Below are positions 14,025 to 25,700 of a stretch of 64,000 bases of DNA, piece by piece. The notes under the pieces were generated by a model. That model did no database searches. It saw only the letters and a program-made list of their open reading frames with translations, and was not told the origin of the DNA. The translations under genes and the position numbers were made by a program. The stretch's first letter is position 1, and each line of letters opens with the position of its first letter. The stretch is from contig CM119372.1 of NCBI GenBank assembly GCA_051294905.1, positions 21,454,001-21,518,000 on the forward strand, in the 5' to 3' direction. Origin of the DNA: Botryllus schlosseri. Its lineage: Eukaryota.

Positions 14025-14489
14025 CTAAAATAGATGGAGAAAAAACAGGTTAAAGACAACGATGACACAAGGTCTTGCAAGCCGGGCATAGCAAGATAGG
14101 GATATGTTATGGAACAGGGGTTCTTAAACAGGGCCCCACGGAACCCATGTGAGTAGAAAGCACCGAAGAAGTGGACACGGAATGCAGTGACATTTTACGC
14201 TATTGAAGGCCGAAAACTGTTTCTCAAATCAACATTAAGTAGATATTTCAGGGCGGATTTATTCTACTAGAAAATTTTATACGGGCGCAATTTCGTGACA
14301 AGTGATTCATTGCTTTCAATTTGGTCACCATCCCTTTCAACGAAATAATAGTAAGATAATAATAAAAAATAAAACAAGAGTTGCAGAATTGATTCTAGCC
14401 TTCTTCCCATCTCCCAGCATGCACCTGTGAATATTATCATGCGGGGTGAAGGAGAATTAAAAATAATTATGATATAAATGCAATTTGGG

Positions 14490-15011
14490 CCGGGAGCGGC
14501 GCAATGAGCCAAAAACACATTTTTGTTTTAAATTTATTTCGAATCCAGAAATACCAATGAACTTTAGCAAAACGACGGATGAAAGTAAAACGCATATAGT
14601 TCCAAAGAAAAATGATTTGAAAATTCGAATAAGCACCGCCACTAGAAACGTACCCACAATTAGACTGGCGATGAGGGAAAATGCGACAGTATGAATAAAT
14701 TTAACACCGCGCCAGTTAGCAAGTAACTGAGAACTTTTGAAGAAAAGGGTGGATCAGCAAGTGTCGAAGACCAGTTCACATCCCGAAGGTTGAAATCGTA
14801 ATGAAACTTGCATGAAGATCGCTGCCGACTCGTCGGCCCAACTTGATTATAAGGAATGAAATAAAACCTTGATATCCTCCCATTATTGCCTGGTACTTCA
14901 AAAGATGTTTTAGGGAGTGTTGGTGACGATCTTGCTTCTGCGCACTCTTCTGTTTATTTTTATAAATTTTGTGAAATATGCTTTTGGATATCAGCGGACC
15001 AATGTGCCCCA
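14490..15011. repeat. Unclassified interspersed repeat
   Basis: Segments align by eye with 60940-61018 (CCAGAAATACCAATGA) and 63130-63425 (TTCCAAAGAAAAATGATTT; GTAATGAAACTTGCATGAAG). Confidence 0.6.
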
Positions 15012-15899
15012 TCTAAATTGTCCTAATGCGCCTCGATTGCCCACTTCTCCAAAGCAAAAATATCTCTAAAACTTTAAAATCGCAATCCTACGCCTAGAAT
15101 AGCATACTGGGCGACTAATAACTGCTCCAATTAAGCTTTGTACTTATTTCAAGCACTAAGAACGAGATATACACAGACACACCTAAAACACGATCGAAAG
15201 GTAGCGATGTAAATTTACTCAGGTCAGCCAAATTAAGAATGTTGTCATCTTCTCAAAAAGACAGCGACCTTGGCGAAATGAAACCGCATCAGGATTACGG
15301 CTGATAAGACACTACAAAATCATCGAAGCGAATACGTTTCCTCTCCGATTTCAAAATTATTTACGATGTACCACTGTGCCCCATCTTCTCCTATCATTAT
15401 TATTGACAAAATATCCATTACCCTTAAAATATTTTCACGACGCGTGCGACAATGAAGGTGTGATAGGTGGATAGAAATATATATAGATAAGTCTTGCATG
15501 CCTTCGTGAAATGCATGATTCCAGTCCATATTGGCTACCAAGAGAGAGCTTTTTAACCGTGTGTAGCACCGGTGTACAGTGATAAATGACCCGTATTAGA
15601 TAATGGGCTTTGGACGGTTAAAAATTGTGCTGAAAATCCTAGGTTTGCCAAGACCAGCGTTTGAGGCGAGCTGACAAAGTGCTGTCTCTATCCTAGACAG
15701 GAGGGGTGCGAAATACTTTCATGAGAGCTCAAGGGGTACAGGCGATCAAAAGGTTGAGAAATACCGTTTCAGAACAGAATTTAGGTGCGTGTGGTATTAT
15801 GTGTTAGCAGAATACATATACAATGATAGATACAGTCACACAAGTAGTGTAGTAGATCGGTCGCGAACTAACGTTTTTTGCATGGGGCTCTTATGGGCC

Positions 15900-16860
15900 C
15901 GCTGGTGACTCGTATTGAAAACTCGTGTTGGTGACTCGTACTTTCAGACCCCCCTCTCGCTCGTGATTCGTAATGGGTTCTTATGGATGCGGCGGTGACT
16001 CGTACTTTCGGGTATAGGCTGCGGCGATGACTCGTATTGAAAACTCGTGTTGGTGACTCGTACTTTCAGGTATGGGCTGCGGCGGTGACTCGTACTTTCG
16101 GGTATAGGCCGCGGTCGTGATTCGCCGTGAAAACTCGTGGTCGTGACTCGCCTTTTTTGCTATAGGCGGTGGCGGTGATTCGCCTGTCATGTATTCTTAC
16201 GGGATCTGTGGTGACTCGCTACGTATTCTTATGGGTGCGGTCGCATGCTAACGAGAAACCGGGGGTGGCATGCTAACGTTTTCGGGTATAGGCTCCGGTC
16301 GCATGATAGCGTTACAGAGATAGGGATCGGTCGCATGCTAACGTTTTCGGGTATAGGCTCCGGTCGCATGATAGCGTTACAGAGATAGGGATCGGTCGCA
16401 TGCTAACGTTTTCGGGTATAGGCGGCGGTCGCATGCTAACGTGAAAACTCGTGGTGGCATGCTAATGTTTTTTGGTATACGTGCGGTGACATGCTAACGT
16501 TCCAGTTATAGGGTGATGAAGTGGTGTTTCGACCCCTCCCGGTGGCACGATAGCGTTACGGAGATAGGGATCGGTCGCATGCTAACGTTGTGTCTTGTGG
16601 TCGCACGGTAACCCTTTTCAGTATTGGGATCGGTCGCATGCGGCTTCGTTGTTGGTATGTCGTACTTTGTGTTGAATATGTATCAAGTAAATAGTCAAGT
16701 GATTTTTCCTTAGTTAGTATCATGAATTATTATATACGACCAATTTGAAGTAATCCGAACGTTTACGGCGAGCGCGACTTCGATATATCGTTATTCTTAT
16801 GGACGCGGCGATGATTCGTACTTTCGGGTATAGACTGCGGGCGGTATGTCGTGCTTTTAG
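15900..16860 (+). repeat. Subterminal tandem motif array of the Polinton-like element (mirror copy at 27164-28124)
   Basis: Outer block built on GGTGACTCGTA and inner block on GGTCGCATGCTAACG at ~25-35 bp spacing. A 65-bp unit recurs at 16268, 16333 and 16398. Confidence 0.9.
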
Positions 16861-18399
16861 CAAAAAAGGGTGTGAAATAGTTTGCTAAATCTAGGAATCA
16901 CTTGCTTGGTAATATTTTGGTAATTAGTTTGCCACAGAACCGGCGTAGACGGCGATTCAAATACAAACAATAGCCGCGTTCACATACTAACACTTCAATA
17001 AGGTGTGAAATATTTGTAAAATCCTACGATCGCCAACAAGATAACACCTCAGACATAGTCATCTTTCACGACTTGGTGTCATAGCCATACTGATCGCTCA
17101 CACGGTGAAATTTTAGTAATCAGTTTGTCACAGAACTTGATTTCGCTGGTAAGATTTAATAAGTAACGAATAACAGACCGTCAGTGTCGGTAACTTGAAT
17201 AGCGACAAATTGTCACTTATTTCCGCTCTAACCCTAATCCTTTGTGAAGTGAACGCTTATTCAAAAGGGTGTGATATAATTTTAAAATCCAACGACCACT
17301 CACCGGATAATGCTTCAGACATAGCAATCCCTCATGCCCGCTCACAAGGTAATATTTCGGTAATTAGTTTGTCACAGAACCGTCGCAGACGGTGATTCGA
17401 AAACCAACAATTTGTCACTTGCCCGCGACCGCTATATGTTTCACGCCTCCGGAATAGTGGCTGACTTTAGTTGCGTGATAAGATCTATGAAAATATTCAA
17501 TCAATGCGTTAGTTTGTCAACTTGAAATGAAACTCACTACACAAATCAAGTTGAATCGTATTTGAATGTATTGATTCGATCCAACTCAAATCCTTTGACA
17601 AATCCTATTAACGCGATCTGTTGAATCGAACGTAACCTGAATATTACTGATGCCAACATTCACCCGCATCGGATTATTCACACATTCCGCACCGCTGTTT
17701 TCACACCTATAGAATCAATACCAACTAGCTCAATGAGAATCAGGAATAACAAGTATACAATAATTGTATTTAATACTGAGAAATCAAACGCTTAACAAAA
17801 ACACGCAACTAATCATTTGCCAACTCTAGCATTACCAAAAAAATTCAGGCATTGTTGATTGAAAATCCTTGAGTCCATATCAAAAATGTTATAGTGCAGT
17901 GTCGGAATCCATTCGCGAGATGTACTAAAGGTAAATTCAGATAATCCAAAATGAAATATTTGGACTTTGACATAGTCTGAATTGAAATAAATTGACAAAC
18001 ATGACTACCAACTTTCAATCCAGTCATATTTAGAATTAGATTTGAAACAAGTAATGAAACCTTACAACTCTATTCACGACTGAGTTTTCCGTTTGTCAAA
18101 TAGAGTTTCAGTAATTACTATCGCGATATTTTAATGTGTTACTACACACAATCAAGTCAGTCAATGAAATACCACCTGTTGTGAATATTTCTAACTTGAC
18201 AACCACTTGTGCATGCCACGATCTAGTTGCGACGCGATGAGTTAAATCGGAATATTTCAATCTATTTGTCGAAACCTTGAACAAGCTGTCTGGTTATTTT
18301 TTTTGTTGCAATTGAGATAACGGAAATAGTATTACGTCTCGACATTTTAACATCTTACCATACTCCAAAGAGTCAACAAGGAAAAACCTTGTCACGTAA

Positions 18400-19900
18400 A
18401 TCCGATTGTAACTCACCCAATCAACTCAACAGTATCCGTATGGAAAGTAGTCGAGATTACGCAAGTACATACAATCGCTACAATCTAAAATCCATAGCAA
18501 GTTCGGTTGTAGTCATATACCGCCAACTCGTCTTTTTTGTTCAACTGTGAAAGTAATTACTACTCGGTATACCGTGTAACATAAAGTAATTACTACTCGG
18601 TGCACGCAACTTGAGATTGGTATATGTTGAGAATATACGACATTTGAAAGTCTGACCAACGTAGTTAAGAATTCATTTCTCACGATCAAACGCAGGTGTT
18701 ATATTGAAAATTATCATGATGTAAACATATGGATTGACACAGTGATTTGACATATGTAATAGTTGATCAAGACTTGATTATTAAATTATTCACGGTAATT
18801 AGACCCGATGCTGTGGTAAAGGTTATTATGACAGCAACAAACTTTTCAGTACCATTGTTATTAACATATTGAGTTGCAAAACTATGCGTGTCTGAATTGT
18901 TCTTGATTGGAAAATTATTCCACCTTGGTACAAATTACCCTGCGTATCGCGGATATCAGAAAATATTTTACAAATGTAATTGTTTCCAGTTACCGAGACT
19001 AAAGATGAAACAACAATTTCGTTTACTGATTAACAACCGGCGCAATACTTCATTGTCGGAATCTGCGACGAAGAACTGAAACACATACCCGCATTACCCC
19101 AGTGTCAAGATGTGTGAATTGACATACCGCCGCTTGATTAATGCTTAATCCGTTCGCACCATTTCCCACACACTTTGATCATTACAAAAAACAAATTGGA
19201 ATATGTTTTCTAGACACCTCCTATTCAACTAGGTTTGAGTAATACAGAAAACTCTTGACATTAATAAAATCGAAACATATGCTTCACTGAATACTACAAA
19301 ATGTGGTTGCATTGATGTTCAATGTTTTATAGTAGTGATCATAAATTATCATTTGAATCTTATAAAATTGTAATCATAAAACCAAACCACAGGAAGTCAT
19401 CAAAAGCATATGGCAGGATGTTTGCTCAATGCATCCTAGTTTGGTAAACTGGAATTATTTGTAGAACGCACACCATCAAAGAAAAACACGCAACCACTAA
19501 CACGATTCCTAGTTGAGATTGAACTCCTAGTCATTTTCTACGCGTGCACAACTATAGGGTCGTTTTTCTGGACACAAGACCTAAAATTTTTGAGTTGTCA
19601 AAACGACACACATATTTGTAATTATCACTTACTTGGTTAAAGCTAATGCATCGACGGTAACAACCGACACGGATCATTACTATTTATTTCATAATCATTT
19701 CAACAAAATTACACACACTGTACATTGTTGCTTTTTGCGTGACACGAGAATAAATCAGATCACAACGAACTTAATGTGTATTTTACTCACTCGTCGCATT
19801 ATGGATATTGACCAACATCGTTTCAACGTCGTGCATCGTTTTGCCGAATACGAAATATGTTAGTGTAGCAAATGTTTTAGCGTAACAGAAAACTATTTTC
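18400..19900 (+). pseudogene. Highly decayed protein-primed family B DNA polymerase (pPolB) relic, left arm
   Basis: Collinear motifs: YPY (18433), IPPTRLFCS (18517, cf. LPP...FYS), YHD.....D and LDP at the expected spacing (18712, 18799), YGR (19409, shifted frame) and TDTD (19666, cf. YTDTDS). All but YGR share one frame. Many stops; boundaries approximate. Confidence 0.65.
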
Positions 19901-21559
19901 ACTTTCTTGACTTTTGAAAACAATACACGCGCATTTTGTTTGTGTCAACTATAGTTACTTGTAAGATACGACTGATAATCCCCGCGACTCATACAAAAGT
20001 ATGAAATATATTTACATCACGCAAAGTACTCAACCTTGCACGATATTTTTTGGTACTACGAAACTCAAGAATGATTGCCTACGCTTTCAAAGTAAACAAT
20101 GCTTAGTTAGACTCCACAAACTGTTTTGACGTCGCAAGTGTTTTTGACATGAATGATCCAACGTAGCTTATTATTCACATAGCTCGATACAGCACTAGTA
20201 CTTACAAAAATATCAGAGTTGTTTACACAAAAGTTTGTATATGTACAATATGTGAATACCATGCGTAAGTCCTGCACAACCGCGGTATCTGTCCTAGTTT
20301 AGTCAACACACATTTATTACACCGGATCGCGTAAACTTTCGTAGAAGATAAGCATAGTCACTACTCGAGGGTTCTGGCAATGTCATAGCAATAAACCAGT
20401 TACTCCAACAACAGAGTAGAGTACCTATGTTTTCTAGTCACCATCCTTAAATCTTACACACAAAACAACCAACTTTGCAAACGAAAAGTGCTGAGTCATC
20501 ACATGATTGCCGGCACAACAAAACGACTAGTAGATGGAGCCGTAATAAAAATGTTCCTAACCCTTAGCACACCAGTGACAAATCGTGCAATGGATATGTT
20601 TTGTCGAGTTGTTGTTGAGCGTCAAGTCTTCGTGTTGAACCGAACATTTGAACAGCACAACCACGATCCAATTGTAACCACGAATCTATTTTCATTTTGA
20701 CACAAACTATCGCGTACAGAAAAATAAATTTTCTTTCCTCAACACATACTTGTATCCAATCACTTTCGTCAAACACACAACTCAATAAAATTGTTACTTT
20801 CTACAACATCAAAAGCCCGATTTAGTTGTACATGTAGTTGAGAAATATTTTTATTAATCAAAATCATCGATTTCTGTTCACGGTGTTAGTGTGTGCATGT
20901 CATACCTGTGGGCCCCTCCGTATTAAAATGGACACGACACGACTGAATGTAAGGGGATAGAAGTCTATCGCATCGATTTACATGTGGTCTTCGCTACGGT
21001 TTCATAAAACGAATCATCTATTTTTCATTGGTCGAGACCGAGCGAGTCAGTTACATGTATTCGCAGTAATGATTTTGCTTGCCATATGCGAATGATAGGT
21101 TTGCTACTCCGACAAATCAAATCAACATACAACAATCTTCTGACGATCATAATAGCAATTTCATTTTCCGCCCCTTCGTAATTGTATACGCACGAAAAGT
21201 ATATTGTACAACTCGGCAACTACGTTTAACAAGAGCAATCACACTACCAGCGTTGAACACAAGATACCTACCCAAGTCAAAAATATCATACTGGTTTGGA
21301 CAACTGACGTTTACCTGTGTAAAATTATCATTTTCACTTAGTGATCTATCCTTTCCTAGAGTAACAAACCCTTGTCGTTTACAAATCTATTTTTTTCCTA
21401 CAGCAAAAAACTATTTTCACTTGGAAAAATACTTTTACCTAGATGTGGCTTATTGGTATGACATTGTTATCGGGTGTGATGACATTCGATCTGCATCAAA
21501 ATTACCGGCTATGATAATGTCTGTGGATCGAAGACTTACTCCCCGATGTTTGTATACCA

Positions 21560-21890
21560 ACACATTGCATGCAATGTCACACACCTCCATTTACGCGTAT
21601 ACTGGTGTGGGCAAACAAGCGCGACGTATGTCTGGATGGTATTTTTTCGTGGAAACACAGGGTGTAACATGTTTACTTTGAATATTGTTAATTGGTTATC
21701 GATTCAGAGTTGATATCCGGATCCGGTTACATACTTTATCAGGGTTTCCGATTTCAAACTGAATGTCGAGACATACATTGACCAATAAACACACAATTTA
21801 GTAAACATGCGGGGGAAAACTCGACCTGGAATTGCTATCGCGATGGGTGACATAAATCCAACCGTTTTCCGAATCCCGTTATCCACATAC
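21560..21890 (-). pseudogene. Possible decayed Polinton minor capsid (penton) C-terminal region in the spacer
   Basis: One frame with a single stop reads VGF...LCVYWS...LIKYV...FKVNMLHPV...NTIQ...VTLH. This follows the order and spacing I recall for the family (LGF...YVY.D...LLR.V...F....Y.PV...TI....VTLHF). Confidence 0.4.
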
Positions 21891-22184
21891 CAACCATCGT
21901 CGAAGAGGTGTTTTATTCAGACATTTTGACTCTGGAAAATCCAAAGCACGAACCCAGACATCACAGAGCTATCGAAGTCTATTGTCCAATTTTCCAAAAC
22001 ATGCATTTCGGCGTACAAGAGCATATTGTATGTGGTTAACCGATGATATTGATGTGATACGACTGATGGGGGGTATACTCTGAAACCGGTAGTCCGTGTA
22101 TATTTCCGTCACTGTTCGTTGTAATCTATTTCAAACTATCGTCAATACAACAAATACCAAATTGTCAGGTGTGTTTGTCAGATT

Positions 22185-22750
22185 TCAAAATGAAAATGGT
22201 TTTGTGACTCTAGGAAAAGCTAGATGACTAAGAGAAAATGTATTGTTACACTGGGTAAACGCCAGATCTCCAAAGGAAAATGATATTTTTACTCAGGTAA
22301 ACGACGACCCGCCAAGTGAAAATGGTTTGTTGCTCAGGGAAAAAATATATTTCCAAGTGAAAATGGTTTGTTGCTGATGGAAAAAATATATTTCCAAGTG
22401 AAAAAAATTTGTTACCCAGAGAAAAAATATATTTTACAAGTGAAAAAGGTTTGTTACCCAGGGAAAAATAGATTTCCGAGTGAAAACGGTATTGGTACTC
22501 AGGTAAATGATATTTTTCCAAACGAAAAGGGTTTGTTACCCCGGGAGAAAATATATTTTCAAAAGAAAATGATTAGTTACTCTAGGTAAAAGTATTTTTC
22601 CAAGTGAAAATAGTTTTTTGCTGTAGGAAAAAAATAGATTTGTAAACGACAAGGGTTTGTTACTCTAGGAAAGGATAGATCACCAAGTGAAAATGATAAT
22701 TTTACACAGGTAAACGTCAGTTGTCCAACCCAGTATGATATTTTTGACTT
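22185..22750 (+). repeat. Degenerate ~41-bp tandem array straddling the spacer/right-arm junction
   Basis: Units like AAGTGAAAATGGTTTGTTGCTCAGGGAAAAAATATATTTCC recur near 22314, 22355, 22396, 22438, 22479, 22520, 22561, 22602, 22644 and 22685. Confidence 0.85.
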
Positions 22751-25700
22751 GGGTAGGTATCTTGTGTTCAACGCTGGTAGTGTGATTGCTCTTGTTAAAC
22801 GTAGTTGCCGAGTTGTACAATATACTTTTCGTGCGTATACAATTACGAAGGGGCGGAAAATGAAATTGCTATTATGATCGTCAGAAGATTGTTGTATGTT
22901 GATTTGATTTGTCGGAGTAGCAAACCTATCATTCGCATATGGCAAGCAAAATCATTACTGCGAATACATGTAACTGACTCGCTCGGTCTCGACCAATGAA
23001 AAATAGATGATTCGTTTTATGAAACCGTAGCGAAGACCACATGTAAATCGATGCGATAGACTTCTATCCCCTTACATTCAGTCGTGTCGTGTCCATTTTA
23101 ATACGGAGGGGCCCACAGGTATGACATGCACACACTAACACCGTGAACAGAAATCGATGATTTTGATTAATAAAAATATTTCTCAACTACATGTACAACT
23201 AAATCGGGCTTTTGATGTTGTAGAAAGTAACAATTTTATTGAGTTGTGTGTTTGACGAAAGTGATTGGATACAAGTATGTGTTGAGGAAAGAAAATTTAT
23301 TTTTCTGTACGCGATAGTTTGTGTCAAAATGAAAATAGATTCGTGGTTACAATTGGATCGTGGTTGTGCTGTTCAAATGTTCGGTTCAACACGAAGACTT
23401 GACGCTCAACAACAACTCGACAAAACATATCCATTGCACGATTTGTCACTGGTGTGCTAAGGGTTAGGAACATTTTTATTACGGCTCCATCTACTAGTCG
23501 TTTTGTTGTGCCGGCAATCATGTGATGACTCAGCACTTTTCGTTTGCAAAGTTGGTTGTTTTGTGTGTAAGATTTAAGGATGGTGACTAGAAAACATAGG
23601 TACTCTACTCTGTTGTTGGAGTAACTGGTTTATTGCTATGACATTGCCAGAACCCTCGAGTAGTGACTACGCTTATCTTCTACGAAAGTTTACGCGATCC
23701 GGTGTAATAAATGTGTGTTGACTAAACTAGGACAGATACCGCGGTTGTGCAGGACTTACGCATGGTATTCACATATTGTACATATACAAACTTTTGTGTA
23801 AACAACTCTGATATTTTTGTAAGTACTAGTGCTGTATCGAGCTATGTGAATAATAAGCTACGTTGGATCATTCATGTCAAAAACACTTGCGACGTCAAAA
23901 CAGTTTGTGGAGTCTAACTAAGCATTGTTTACTTTGAAAGCGTAGGCAATCATTCTTGAGTTTCGTAGTACCAAAAAATATCGTGTAAGGTTGAGTACTT
24001 TGCGTGATGTAAATATATTTCATACTTTTGTATGAGTCGCGGGGATTATCAGTCGTATCTTACAAGTAACTATAGTTGACACAAACAAAATGCGCGTGTA
24101 TTGTTTTCAAAAGTCAAGAAAGTGAAAATAGTTTTCTGTTACGCTAAAACATTTGCTACACTAACATATTTCGTATTCGGCAAAACGATGCACGACGTTG
24201 AAACGATGTTGGTCAATATCCATAATGCGACGAGTGAGTAAAATACACATTAAGTTCGTTGTGATCTGATTTATTCTCGTGTCACGCAAAAAGCAACAAT
24301 GTACAGTGTGTGTAATTTTGTTGAAATGATTATGAAATAAATAGTAATGATCCGTGTCGGTTGTTACCGTCGATGCATTAGCTTTAACCAAGTAAGTGAT
24401 AATTACAAATATGTGTGTCGTTTTGACAACTCAAAAATTTTAGGTCTTGTGTCCAGAAAAACGACCCTATAATTGTGCACGCGTAGAATATGACTAGGAG
24501 TTCAATCTCAACTAGGAATCGTGTTAGTGGTTGCGTGTTTTTCTTTGATGGTGTGCGTTCTACAAATAATTCCAGTTTACCAAACTAGGATGCATTGAGC
24601 AAACATCCTGCCATATGCTTTTGATGACTTCCTGTGGTTTGGTTTTATGATTACAATTTTATAAGATTCAAATGATAATTTATGATCACTACTATAAAAC
24701 ATTGAACATCAATGCAACCACATTTTGTAGTATTCAGTGAAGCATATGTTTCGATTTTATTAATGTCAAGAGTTTTCTGTATTACTCAAACCTAGTTGAA
24801 TAGGAGGTGTCTAGAAAACATATTCCAATTTGTTTTTTGTAATGATCAAAGTGTGTGGGAAATGGTGCGAACGGATTAAGCATTAATCAAGCGGCGGTAT
24901 GTCAATTCACACATCTTGACACTGGGGTAATGCGGGTATGTGTTTCAGTTCTTCGTCGCAGATTCCGACAATGAAGTATTGCGCCGGTTGTTAATCAGTA
25001 AACGAAATTGTTGTTTCATCTTTAGTCTCGGTAACTGGAAACAATTACATTTGTAAAATATTTTCTGATATCCGCGATACGCAGGGTAATTTGTACCAAG
25101 GTGGAATAATTTTCCAATCAAGAACAATTCAGACACGCATAGTTTTGCAACTCAATATGTTAATAACAATGGTACTGAAAAGTTTGTTGCTGTCATAATA
25201 ACCTTTACCACAGCATCGGGTCTAATTACCGTGAATAATTTAATAATCAAGTCTTGATCAACTATTACATATGTCAAATCACTGTGTCAATCCATATGTT
25301 TACATCATGATAATTTTCAATATAACACCTGCGTTTGATCGTGAGAAATGAATTCTTAACTACGTTGGTCAGACTTTCAAATGTCGTATATTCTCAACAT
25401 ATACCAATCTCAAGTTGCGTGCACCGAGTAGTAATTACTTTATGTTACACGGTATACCGAGTAGTAATTACTTTCACAGTTGAACAAAAAAGACGAGTTG
25501 GCGGTATATGACTACAACCGAACTTGCTATGGATTTTAGATTGTAGCGATTGTATGTACTTGCGTAATCTCGACTACTTTCCATACGGATACTGTTGAGT
25601 TGATTGGGTGAGTTACAATCGGATTTACGTGACAAGGTTTTTCCTTGTTGACTCTTTGGAGTATGGTAAGATGTTAAAATGTCGAGACGTAATACTATTT

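Larger units (their letters stand above)
15843..21443 (+). repeat. Left arm of the 5.6-kb inverted repeat
   Basis: Reverse complement of 22581-28181. Paired coordinates sum to 44024 throughout, and the ORF track is mirrored. Confidence 0.98.

Noticed and set aside
15900..16860. Repeat array as a CRISPR array
   Set aside because: The intervening segments are themselves repeated and the motifs are short and degenerate; no cas genes; eukaryotic context.
21079..21681. 200-aa ORF as a Polinton gene
   Set aside because: It starts at a non-ATG codon, runs through the 41-bp repeats and across the arm/spacer junction, and has no recognisable motif.
22185..22750. 41-bp array as a CRISPR array, or the overlapping ORFs as proteins
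   Set aside because: These are head-to-tail degenerate units without unique spacers; the ORFs are translations of the repeat.
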